The notes under the pieces: model-generated
The model's database searches: none
Told to the model about the DNA's origin: nothing
Seen by the model: the letters and a program-made list of their open reading frames with translations, nothing else
Shown here: in pieces, positions 9,914 through 21,500 of the stretch
Layout of the letters: every line of letters starts with the position of its first letter
Position numbering within the stretch: the stretch's first letter is position 1
Position numbers and translations under genes: made by a program
Assembly (NCBI GenBank): GCA_000708835.1
Contig: DF237132.1
Coordinates: 62,001-126,000 of the forward strand
Origin: Klebsormidium nitens
Lineage: Eukaryota; Plantae; Klebsormidiophyceae
Direction of reading: 5' to 3'
Length of the DNA: 64,000 nucleotides

Positions 9914-12900
9914 CTAGCAGCCGCCGCTTGCAGGCTGCACTCCGCAATTGGGCAGGCAGACTCCCCTGAACCCTGTGGGCACGACTCGGACACCCCCGCA
10001 GGTGCCCCCGCAGCTGTAACGCACGGGGCAGTTCGCGTCGGTATTGCAGCCCTTACAGGCACCGCATTGTACGTTCGCCGCGCAAACTGAAGCCGGGGCC
10101 GAGGTAGTGTTGCTTCCGACGTACGGGGTACAAACACACCCGGGGGAGAAGGTTGGTGTGGGCTGGGAGGAGCAGTTGGCCGTCGAAGAACACGCCAAAG
10201 CTGCACAGCGAAGCCCAATCGTCAAGCCCACTGGTGTGATCATTGTACCCTTTCGGTTTAGCGCCGTAGCTTCGTTACCTAATGTTGGCACTCGCTCTTT
10301 GATCTGTGCAGTGCTTGTTGTTGCATTCTCGTCAGTCTGCCTTCCATTTCTCTACTTTCAAGGAAAACTCGACTTCATGCGTCAGAACGAGTGTTGAACA
10401 GCAACGGTTTTTACACGAGTTTTTTCGCCGAGTTGAAGATTCCGAGAGGCGTATGTATATACAAAGTGGTATGCCCTCATGCCTCAGACTGGTTCTTATG
10501 CAAACAATCCCCGGTTCAATCAAGGCTCACACTCCTCTCTGAGACGAGGGTCGTCCTTAACATGCACCACAGCAGCCCAACAGAAGCATGTGAACTCTGC
10601 AGGCGGTTGTTCGAGATTCAAGTTGACCTTCTAGAATTTAGCTCGCAATACCAGTGGCTGCATTTCATCAATCCACGGCCATTGGCGAGAGTAGATTGAG
10701 TGCTACGCCCTTGAAAGAGACTCACGAGCCCTTTTGGAGTAGAAGTTGGCGTTCCGGATCACCAGCGTGGACGGGACGAGCGGCGAGACTGTGGTCTTTA
10801 GGAAGCAGCAGTTCCGGTCGGCGTAGTGAGAGATCCCGATGCACCCAGGAGTGCTATTGCAGCGAAACACGCACGCGGCAGCACTCTCAATGATCGCCTG
10901 CGTTTGGGCGCCTGTAGAAATGCCGGCTATCAAGGGATACAGGCAGAGATTTGATGTGGGAACGCCGGGGGGGACGATCGTGAAGCCAAGATACTCCTGC
11001 ATCGCCAGGCCCAATCTTTGTGTGAGTCTGGCGAACGCGTATTTGCGGTCGAGGATGTGTCTTACTTTTGACCTGCAATGAGCTTGCTTGAATGAAGCTT
11101 AAGGAAGCGGATCGACGTCCTTCTTACACAAGAGTGCATCCGCAAAAAAACACGGAAGAAAGGCGAAAGGCACGGACTAACTCAGCCGTGACTCACCGTC
11201 TGAAGCTCGAGAAAGAACCCAAGATAGCCTGCATGAAAGGACAAGACTAGATGAATATCAAGATCAAGTCCGGATGAATACTTTCAAACCAGCCGTTTGC
11301 CGCCGAAGCCATGCATACGCGGTATAACACGCATCATAGAATCAGGGCCGGATGCTTGAGGGTCAAGCCATATACCCGTGTATGGCAAGAGAAGCGTGAC
11401 CTCAGGACCGCCCTTTGTTCAATGTCGCGTTGGAGACGTCAATGTCAGGAAAACGATGCGACACCCGGTGGCCAATATATAGAGCGATCAAGTCGGTTAA
11501 TTTTCAGGACAAGCGTCTTTGCGGATGAGCACTTACCCGTTTTCACGTGCGACTCGACGACTGCATTGCTCGTTGCGGTCGATAGCGCGGTTTTCAAGAA
11601 GCAGCAGTTAACAGCAGCATAGTAGACGAAACCAGCACAGCTAGACGCTGCATTGCAGCGGATTTCGCAGGCCGCTGCGTTCTCGGCATACCCCCCACCC
11701 GAGCAGATAGCTGGGAAAGGTACGGGACCGGCGAAGGGAAAATAGTCGTTACCAAAATAGTCCTGTGAAGAGCAGCAACGAAGAACTGTTGTAGGTGATG
11801 TCAGTCAGAGTATCATGGGTTTGAAGGACTTGATTAAGGCTTCCGAAAATTTTAGGGTGACAGGAAAGAACATGGGCGGGGGGTGATGATTCGAACTCTG
11901 TTGGTTTCATCAGCGAATCTAACGTGCGCTTACGATCGACGACAAGACCAACTCATGATGTGTAAAAAAACTACGTGACTCTTTACTAACAACGAATGAT
12001 CCTGAGGAGGCAATCTTAAGAGCGTGTTCGATTTTTATTCCGGCACTATTGATCCCTAAAACTTTGACTTTCTATGCATCATCCGATCTCCTGGAACGAC
12101 TAGACTTTTTTACGCTTTTGCTTTACTTGGCAAAAAGAATGACCTGATCACCAAGAGATCATTTGGTACGTCAAATGCGGCATTGCAAGTTAAATGTGTT
12201 AGGAAAGCGATCTGTGAAATAGCATACCAAGGCCGCAATTCCAAAAAGAATTCTAATAACAACCGAAGCAGCGTTTTGACTAAGAGCAAAGCAGGTACGT
12301 CTCTTGTTCCTTAGCAATCAGAAATTGTGACATGACATGGAATAAAATGCAGTCAAAAACATTTAAGTCTGTCGTCGAGACTCACCGTTGCATTCATGAC
12401 GGAGTACGTAAAGCCTGCAAGAAACAAAAGAATGAATCAAAGCAACGCCTCTTAAATCTCGTCTTAGTCGAACAAACCGTCATCATCACTTGCAAAAGAG
12501 ACATGAACTTCTGCTAGAGTGGATTCCCATGCTTCTCAAACGAAGCTTGATAAGATCATGTGAGGTTGCTGATGCATCTCAAACAGGGTGTGTTGAAAGC
12601 TCACCCAAGGGCGACTTCACATGAGCCACGAGCTCGAGAAAAACCGTTGGGTTTACTAATTGGGTTTTGAGGAAGCAGCAATTGTTGCGAGCCCAGTGGA
12701 TAAAGCCAGCACAGGCAGCCGTCGCGTTGCAACGCGCTTCGCAGGCCGTGGCGTCCTCGCCATACGCGATGGCGCCGCATACGCTATTCGCTGGGGGGCC
12801 TGCCGTGGGGCGGAAGTCGTTTCCGAAAGAGTCCTGCACGACGACCCAAGAGAGAAACAGCTGATCAGAAGGTTCCATAACTGGACAAGAAGGCCTGAAG

Positions 12901-13668
12901 AGGGGCTTGATTGAAAACAAGCCTGGCAAGAGACGAGATCTTTCTGTGCGATTGATGCGGTTCGATGCGATTGGGCTAGGTGCTTATCAAGTCTCCACAA
13001 AAGCGGGCAATTGTATTCTTAACGTAGGAAGCCACGACTGCTTAACCTGGTGCTAAAGCACAAGTCTCAAGCTGGTGTAAAAGCACACGTTCCAAGGATC
13101 AAGTGTCTCAGATCAATCTGATACGAACTTCGACCTACACGTGTGGATGGACCAGTAGCTTAAGCTTTTCACTCAAGTCGTCAAACGACAAAGAACTAGC
13201 CGCCCACGCATGGCAAATCCAAGAAGCAATGGTGACAATGGGTCTCGTCACATATGGTGACAAAGAACGAGGCCAGGGAACAGGTAGAGTTCAAGAGTTT
13301 GAGTTCAATAATCACCAGGAGATGTTTGTTGTTCGCAAAGTCGAGCCAATGCCTCTTTGAGCATTGCTGTGCAGATGCCAACAGCCCATGATATGTCCCT
13401 CCAAAAGATGTGCGCAAGAGCATTCTCAGACGACGGAGAAAGGTTTCTCGCTGACGCCTCATTTCACTGCTTGATTCAGCACTTCTTCACGCAAAAGAGA
13501 GCATGCGTTTCGGACAAAAAGAGGTGAACAGTTACTTACCACGCCTCCCTGGACGAGGTACGTGAACGGCGGCTGGGCAGAGACCAAACCGAAAGTCGCT
13601 CCCATCAGGAGGAAGACGAAGATCACGCCAGCAGATGAAGGGACCGAACGGACAGTAATCGACGCCAT
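9914..13668 (-). CDS. Secreted protein (400 aa): signal peptide, three PAN/Apple-like domains, C-terminal Cys-rich domain
   Basis: Exons (-) 13668-13540, 12833-12605, 12414-12386, 11762-11537, 11228-11197, 10996-10726, 10200-9914. All are GT-AG and phase-consistent (1203 nt). The hydrophobic N-terminus is GVIFVFLLMGATFGLVSA|Q. Three repeats follow the pattern C...CxxRCN...C.G......NCCFLK, typical of PAN/Apple cores. Confidence 0.88.
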
Positions 13669-14312
13669 GATCGCGGCAAAGCTGTCTGCTGTGCGGTGCC
13701 GTTTTCGAGGAAAGCGATCAGCTCGGATCAAAGTTGAGATGGAAAGTATTAGAAGCTTGTGGGTGTTTAAAATCGAGCCGGGTCGCGTGTGGTCGAGACG
13801 TGTTCTGCACCTTTCATTCGGTTCACTGCAGACGTACACTCGACTTGATCGTCATAAGTCAAAAAAGCAAGCTGTGTCTTAAACTGCACTCGTGTATGCA
13901 AGAGGATCCGCCGCTTAAAGGCTGCCCGCAACACGCCTCGTTTCGCAGCAGTGGCGAAGCGCTCAGCTGCCGGCCAACCTAGACAGCTTGGCCGCACTTC
14001 CATAAATCTCAAGAGAGATCATAATAAGTCAAGACAATCATACGCTCCGACTAACACCCAAAAACCCCAACCCAAAAAGTTACCTGCTCCGCACCCATAC
14101 CCACCCTAACCACCAAACTAACCGTACCCGTCCCAGTGCGGTTACCTTATTATTATCTCGGCTTATTCATCAGTTTTCTGGAGGTCAATCGCACTTCCGA
14201 TGGTCGAGGATAGCGCCGAGGATAAACTCGAGAATAGCGCCGAGGAGAAGTGTCGAGTTGGCACGCTGAGTTGGCGGCGAGATCATTTTGCACCTCTTGC
14301 TTCTTGGCGTGG

Positions 14313-14324
14313 TGCCACGTGGCA
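14313..14324. promoter_or_regulatory. Perfect palindromic G-box (TGCCACGTGGCA)
   Basis: 12-bp palindrome with a CACGTG core. A second GCCACGTA lies at about 14481 and TGACGT/CCAAT at about 14575-14585, in the intergenic region upstream of the PAN gene. Function is inferred from the motif only. Confidence 0.4.
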
Positions 14325-14647
14325 GAGGGAGCATGTCCGTGGTGCGGTATCCATTCGACCTGAAGCACACAAAGGCCCTGGCGGCCGTTGACGGGCCTTT
14401 AGGTTGGACGCCCTGGTTCCATTCAGACTCGTTTCGATCAGGGCGATCTGCTGTTCGACAAACCCTAGAGTGATAAAAGAGCCACGTACTAGTCTCGCCT
14501 CCGCGCCCCGCTGCAACGAGAGCGCGGACTTCCGCGGCCGCATAGAGCCATGGATAGAGGAAAAGCGGTCGGATTGACGTCCAATAGATTTGCCGGGGAC
14601 CGGCCCCAGGGAGGGCCACTGTCGAGCGAGCGCGGCCGGAATCCGCC

Positions 14648-14821
14648 ATGCAAGGCGACGGCGGAACGCGGATTCGGTTTTCCGGATGGGAAGTCGAGAG
14701 GCTCGATCCAGAGGCACGGACGGGTAGCAGCGGTCTGCAGGCGGCCGTGCAGCGGTCCGACTTCGACGAGCTTGCGGAAGGACTGGAGCGTGCGGACAAG
14801 GTGCTGGGGGCGGACGCTTAG
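14648..14821 (+). CDS. Candidate small ORF (57 aa), unknown function
   Basis: gccATG start. It reads MQGDGGTRIRFSGWEVERLDPEARTGSSGLQAAVQRSDFDELAEGLERADKVLGADA*, with mostly G/C third positions like the real exons here. It is below the ORF-track cutoff. Confidence 0.3.
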   Translation: MQGDGGTRIRFSGWEVERLDPEARTGSSGLQAAVQRSDFDELAEGLERADKVLGADA

Positions 14822-15320
14822 GGTCTTCAAGCTAGGACCCCTTTGGAATGATGTGTGCATCTTTCGCTCACAATGATCATATGTGGCTTGGGTTCGGACG
14901 GCCCGATTCAATCAGTAGGTACGAACACCCTCGGATCGAACGCTTAGGATTATGCGAAAAGCATGCATTCGAGCTCAAAGGATATGCGATATGGCCGAAG
15001 AATTCTGCTTCCAAATACTTAGAGATGTTGATTCGAGTATTGCATGATTCAAAACTTCTTTGGCCGGCTGGTGTTGCAACCTTCATGTTTGCTGCGTTTA
15101 TTCATTTTTCACATGGGACAAGTCGACTAAAGTCACCTCTTTTGGACGTACCAGCCCGTCCCTTCATGCTTCGTTTACTGCTCAACGAGGACGCCACGTT
15201 AAAAACTGCATCATATCAAGTTTCACGTATATCATAGTATAGGTACTGAGCTTCCGATTCGGTCACGACGGAGCGGACTATGAGTGGTGATGTTCCGGCG
15301 GGGCGCTTTTGCTAGCACGA

Positions 15321-15388
15321 CGGCAGAAAGTGGCCGACTGCAGCTTTCGTGCTACGGCAGAAAGTGGCCGACTGCAGCTTTCGTGCTA
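15321..15388. repeat. Perfect 34-bp tandem duplication
   Basis: cggcagaaagtggccgactgcagctttcgtgcta at 15321-15354 and 15355-15388. Confidence 0.97.
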
Positions 15389-15523
15389 CGACGAAGTGCA
15401 AGAGGTTGCCAGATCGACCGCTCACCAACATTTCCGAGCGGCCTGTTCAGGCACACTATCTTCCCTTACCGCCGCATGCGTGTAAGAATAGCTTACTATC
15501 GACTATCTTGATAAAGAACGTAG

Positions 15524-18500
15524 TCATTCGCTTCGACCGCCTGCTGCAGAGCGTTGCCGCAAAACCTCTAGATTTGCTCCTGACAGCTTGGTGATGCTCT
15601 CCTCAATGAAGCCATTGAAGTTCAAGCGCATGCACAGGTCCTCAATTGCTTGGACGTTTTGAACCCGAGGCCGCAGATGGACAGCGTACAGGGTCCGCAA
15701 GCTCTCCTGAAAGGCCTCCTTGGTCTGCTTAATCTGCAGCCACCACGATTGAGCATTGGTCTCGGACCTTGCACCAATAATGTTGGGAGACCTTTCGAAA
15801 TTTTCGGGTGACAGAACAGCACCCGGACAAAACCAAGACAAATTCAGAGAATCTCATAAACAGGAAAGAACGCTTACATTCCACATTGACTTCGTCGATC
15901 TGCAATGAAGATTTGTGCAACAGCCCAAAGCAAGTCCACAGCCAAAGAAGTTGCCCCGCAAGGCCCCAGAATCGATGACTTCCAAACCCAAGGGTTAAGC
16001 GGCTAACCTGCTGATTGACCTCGTCAATCTCGAGCTCCGCCGCGGGCTGGTCCAACGAACGTACCGCACGCCGCAGGTGGCCTCGCAGCGCGAGCAGCTG
16101 CTGGAAGATAGCGTCAATGCACGTTTTGGCGCCCGCGCCGTCTGCGCCAAGCAGGCAAGCGCGTGCTGCCTCCGCTACGTATTCAGCATGCACCTGGATA
16201 TGAAATCCAGGTTTGAGTCTGGAATGGGTTGTGGCTTTTGAGTTAGGGGTTTGACGTTCATAGAATCTGTTCGCCTTGGGCCCCGCGCCGTCTGCCTAGC
16301 AGGCATGCCCGTGAGGCCTCTGCCACGCATTCAGCGTGCACCTGGGTTTGTATTTGGGGTTTGAGGTTGCTTTTGAGGTTTTGGTCAAGTTCAGGGCTTG
16401 CGCATTCAAAAAATTGTGTTCGCTTTGGCCGCCACGCCGTCTGCACCTAGCAGGCAAGCACGCGCAACCTTCACCACATATTCAGCGGGCAGCCGAGCAG
16501 GGTTTTCCCTTTGGGACTAGGGTAGGGCTTGACATCAAAACTCTTTGATTTCAAGTTTGAGATGGAGGCTAACTCCTGGCACTTGGCAACCAGAATCTCT
16601 TTTAGAAATCCAGGAGACTCTTTTTTCTACTAGTACCTTCTTACGACCCTTTTCTACGGTTCTTTCCGCCTCCCACTCTACCCCCGAGGACACCCCAACG
16701 CAAATTGTCACCAGAAACCCCCACCTGGCTCAGGTCGTGCAGGTCCACGACGTCGGTGTGAATGCGCTCCTGGTAGCGCGTCCACGCCACGTCCGAGATC
16801 TGTGCCTGGACGAAGCTCGCCAGCGTCGTGACCACGTGGCTGATTGCAGCCCGGAATAATTGCGCCTCGCGGAGCTGCCGCTGCTGCTCCGCGAACACGT
16901 GGGCGCTCACGCCGGGGCCCCGTTTCGCAAGCCGCCGGCTTAGGATCTGGGGGAAGGAATAGAAGGAAGGTTTGCATGACACATTAACAGGGCCCGATGC
17001 AGCGATTGCTATTGCGGTAAGAACACGTGAGCGCTAACGCCGGGGCCCCGTTTTGCGAGCCGCCGGCTCAGGACGTGGGGAAGGAACGGGAGATTGGATT
17101 GCATGTCGATGTGACAGGGCCCCGAGCAGGTTACCGCCAGTGCTGCAAGGACATGTGGACCTCATGCTGGGGCCCCGTTTTGCGAGCCGCCGGCTCAGGG
17201 CCTGGGAAAAGTGATGGGAGGAAGGTTTGCATAGTGAGATGACAGAGCCCGATGCAGTTATCGCTGTTGCGGCAAGACCTAGTGGCCGCTTCCACTTGGG
17301 GGCCCCGTTTGAACGCCGCTGGCGAGCTCAGACCTGGAGAAAGTACGGCAGAGCTCTGCATGAAGCGATGACAGGGCCTCATGCATGCGCTGCTGCTTGA
17401 TGAGACACTGCTTCGTGGGCCACGGCTCGGTGGATAGAACGATCGGCGTTGTATGCGTCTTCGGTGGATCCGCAAGTGCTCCTAGAGAGCACGTACCCTG
17501 GAGTATCATGAAATTGCCTTTTCAAACCCCTCTATGCTCTTGCGTGGGACCCCTTCTGCAGATTCTGGCTCTCTCTCTCTCTCGTCTCCTGTTGCCCGTC
17601 GATCCGAAAGCTAGACAGCGAAGCTTATCCAAAACACGCAGAGGCAGAACCCGTTGCTAGAGCAGTTGGCAGACCTTGTCGGCAAGTAAGATAAGATAAC
17701 GATTCTATGCAAATGTCGTCGGACACCTCACAAGCGGCTCCCAAAGAGTGCGAGGGCTCAAATACCCAAGATCCTTCACTCCGAGAAAAACGAGATCGCC
17801 ATGGACGTTCAAAGTGTGGTGAGAATCCAAAGGAAAAAGGAACCAAGAATGACTTGAAAAAAACACCAAAAACAGAAGTAAACGCCTTGATTTAAGGATA
17901 GATCCTCCCACCTGCAAGTCCCGCCACACATCCCGCAGCGAGAAGGTGGCGTGCTTGGCCCGCAGCAGGAAGCGGAAGACGGCCTGGTACTGCGCCATGG
18001 CCGCTGACGTCAGCACGAGCGTCAGCGGCCACTCCACCCGGTAATCCAGCTGGATGAAGTCGAAGGCGTCGACGCGGGTCAGGTCCACGAAGCCACCTGC
18101 GAGCGCACGGCACAAGACTTCGTTTGTCTTTTTCATTTGAAGACCGATTTCTTCGCTGGGCTGCGGACCTGGAGTACATACACGTTGAGCAGTAGCAAGA
18201 CTATGGTCTAGGATGGGCTGAGACATGCTAATCAACTAGATCGAAGTTTTAACATCCCAAACCAACGTCCGGACCTGAGGTTAGGGAGGCCTCAGCACAA
18301 AAGACATCTACGGCCGGCATTTTCCGCAGCTCTACGGCTGTGGACAAACGAATTGTAGTAGCTATCGCGCGCCAATAACGGTTCGCGCACCCAGACACAA
18401 CGACTATCTAGCACGGGTGAGTGAGCCTTGACGCACAGCACGTAAGCGTCCGTCAGCCTCCCGCAGCTCCATGCCTACAGAGAAACCCATCGTTAGGACT

Positions 18501-21500
18501 TTTGAATCACGCACTAAGCGCAGACAAAAGATAGCCCAGAACGACGGACTAACCTGGAGTTAGTGAGGCCTTGACCCACGGCGCGTAGACGTCCGGCAGC
18601 TCCTCCTGCGACTGCTGCACGCGCACGTGGAGGCGCTCCGCGAGCCGGTCCGAACTGCAGCTCGACGTCTGGAGGGATCCCTCCAGCAGCGCCTGGACCT
18701 CCGCCTGCCGGGACGCGCCGCCTGAGGGGCCCCACCGCTGTGATAGCAGGCACTGATGACGTCAGCAAAATTGTACGGAAGAAGAGGCTTGACCGCCATG
18801 GGGAAAATTGCTCAGAGGAAGCTGTTGCACTAGCTAGGCGGCGCAGATTGCATAGATTACGTTTGAGTTCTATCCTTGAGTAAGGGATCATGTGCATTAA
18901 GCCGGCTCCTGCTGAAAATGCGAGGGACGCTTTCTGCGAGAATCTTTTTGGAGGGGCTCGTTTCGGCGAGCCTCTTTTCGAGCTCAGGAGCGCCGACGTA
19001 AACGCGTCCCCAAAGTCGCCCGCAAGTCTCAACAGGATGGGGGTCATCTGCGTCCAAAGGTGCAGGACGCTTTCTGCGGGATCTCTGGACGACTCCTCGG
19101 GTGACTCTCCTACCTGGGTCAAGAGCGCCGACATGAACGCGTCCGCAAAGTCCCCCGCGAGCATGAACAGGTACCGCCGCAGCGCCGCGCAGTGCGCGGG
19201 CAGCGCAAGCTCCTCCTGGAATACGTGCACGCAGCACGCGCTCACACAGCGGTACTGCGCCAGGATCTCCTGCACCACGCATACGTCCATGACCACGGAC
19301 AGCGGCGCGTCCGCGTCGTCGTCGTCCGGCGTCGCCGACGGACGTCCGGACGGTTTGGGCCGCGGGGAAGTTGCCGGGGGGGAGCGTTTCGGGCCGGGAG
19401 AGACGCCCCGGGAGGACGCGAGGGCCGGGGAAAGGTCGGGTTGAGCGGAGATTGGGGTTGAAAGAGCGGTCGGGGACAGGTCGAAGGTATTGGGATCACC
19501 GGAAGCGCTCGGGATCGGCGACAGGAACGCGAGGGCTTGGCGGGAGGTCTCGGTTGGGAGGACACGTGTCTCTTGGTCATTGGGGATGCCATTGCTGGTC
19601 CAAGATCTGCGCTCAGAGTCTTCGACCGGTTGTCCGATAGATAGCGCCTCGTCGGCGGATTTGAACGGGCTTGCAGCATGCCCCTCAGAACCCGCTTCAA
19701 AGGAAGGGTCGCCGGCGGGTTCCGTTTCCGTTTCCGGTTTTCTTTCCGGTCCTGAGCCCCGGCCCCGAAAGTCGATTCCGTCCGCAAACCGGAAGTCCTG
19801 TGCGGCGAACGAGTCGCCCAGATCTTTCGTGCTCATGCCTGCTGCAGGGAACGGGTCCGCTGACGAGCCCCACCGCACGAGCGTAGCGCTGCCCGCCAGG
19901 TCCGATCCGCTGTCCGCGTCCTTCTGTTCTGCTGGCGGCAGCACTCGAAAGCCGTCGAACCCTCCGGCCATGACGTCAAGCATCTCACGCCCCTCCATCT
20001 GGCGCCCTCTCCGTGCTGCTTCTCCGGCGCTTCCGGAAGCGTCCAACCCCTCCCGTGCGACGCCTGCCGCGTGGGTGGGGTCCTCGGGCGGGCCCCATTT
20101 TGAACTCGGCTGCACATTCCCTCCATCAGATTCCCCATGTTCTGCAACCTCCTGTTCCCCAGCGGGGCCTGACTGACCCCCTTCGAGATCGCTTGCCAGA
20201 CCCGCCAAGATCGCACTTACGTCCTTCACTGCGCCCGGCTCTACAGCATCTTCATCTTTTCGCGCTCTTACCTCCGTCCCATCCCTGGTTTGCCGCAACC
20301 CTGAATCTAGCGACGTCTCCTCAGCGCTGACCGTTAGCCCCTCGGCCAGTCCCTCAAAGCCTTGCGCACCGCCCGCTTCTTCTTCCCGAGTTCCTCTGCC
20401 GCCAACGCCCGAAGGGGTCGACAAGTCTCCCGAAGATTCGCCCGCCTCGCTTCCAAACAACCCGGACTCGCTCGTCTCGAGATGCGCCAACCGATGCCAC
20501 TCCTCGAGGTTGATCCGATCGTCCTCGCCTTTCCCGCTTGCCGTTTCTTCTTCCGGTTCGTCACCCCCGGCTGCGCTCTCGTCCGACATCTGCTCGGGCC
20601 CGCGCTTTACGTCCGAGCTGCTGTCTGCCTTCGAAAGTTTCCCGGAAGAGTCCGCCGACTGCACCTCCTTCCGGTCTTCTTCCGTTGCTGTGTCACCCGT
20701 CAGGGCAGCGTCTATCTTCGGCCTTTCCGCTCTTGGCGCTTCAACTTGCGCCCCCTCATCGCCTGCCTTGACCGACTCCTCTTCGACTAAAGCCGCCTGT
20801 CTGCCCTCCAGAGTTGTCGTGCCATCATCTACTTTCTGCGACTCCTCCACAGCCGTCCGATCCTTCACGGCCTGGATCCGACGGTCCAGTTCCTCCAGCT
20901 GCCCCTCAGCCTCCGCGACCATTGCCGCCCTCACCCTCGCGATCTCTGCCGCCTCTAGTTCCTTCTCCTCCCGCACCATCGCCCGCTCCCGCTCGATCCT
21001 TGCGGCCTTTGCGCGCCGCTTCGCTTCCGCCCGCCGCTCTAGTTCCTCCCGCTGCTCTCTGAACAAAGCTTCTTTCCTCCGCGCCTCCTTTTCCGTCTCG
21101 AGCACCGACGCCCGCCGTTGCTCGTCGTATGCTTTGGCCAGATCCAACCGGTGCTGCTCAATCGCATCGATTTTCCCCTCTTTCCTGCGCCGCTCCTGCA
21201 TTGCGAGCATGGTCAAAGTCCACCCCGCCTCGGTTTCTCTCTTCCGTGCGCTCTCCCGCGCTTCCGCCGCGATTGCCCGCAGCCGTGATGCGCTGAACAC
21301 AAGCCCCGGACTCGCGCTTTCTGTCTCTTCTTCTGCGGGTTTCGCATCCAACAGACGCTGCAGAGAGGCGGCTCCGAGCCGCGGCTTTTGGTCCGCGCTG
21401 GAGAGGTTTAGGGTTTGGAGAGGGTGCCTTTCTGGGCAGCTGAGGATGGTTTCGGCGAGCTCCCGGGTTTGTGGCAGATCCAAGAGGACTCGCAGCTGTT

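Noticed and set aside
13000-13480. ORFs inside PAN gene intron 1 as a nested gene or LINE fragment
   Set aside because: Short, interrupted frames with no recognisable motif.
14203-14250. 24-bp degenerate direct repeat (tcgagNatagcgccgagga)
   Set aside because: Only two copies with no context suggesting function. Likely slippage.
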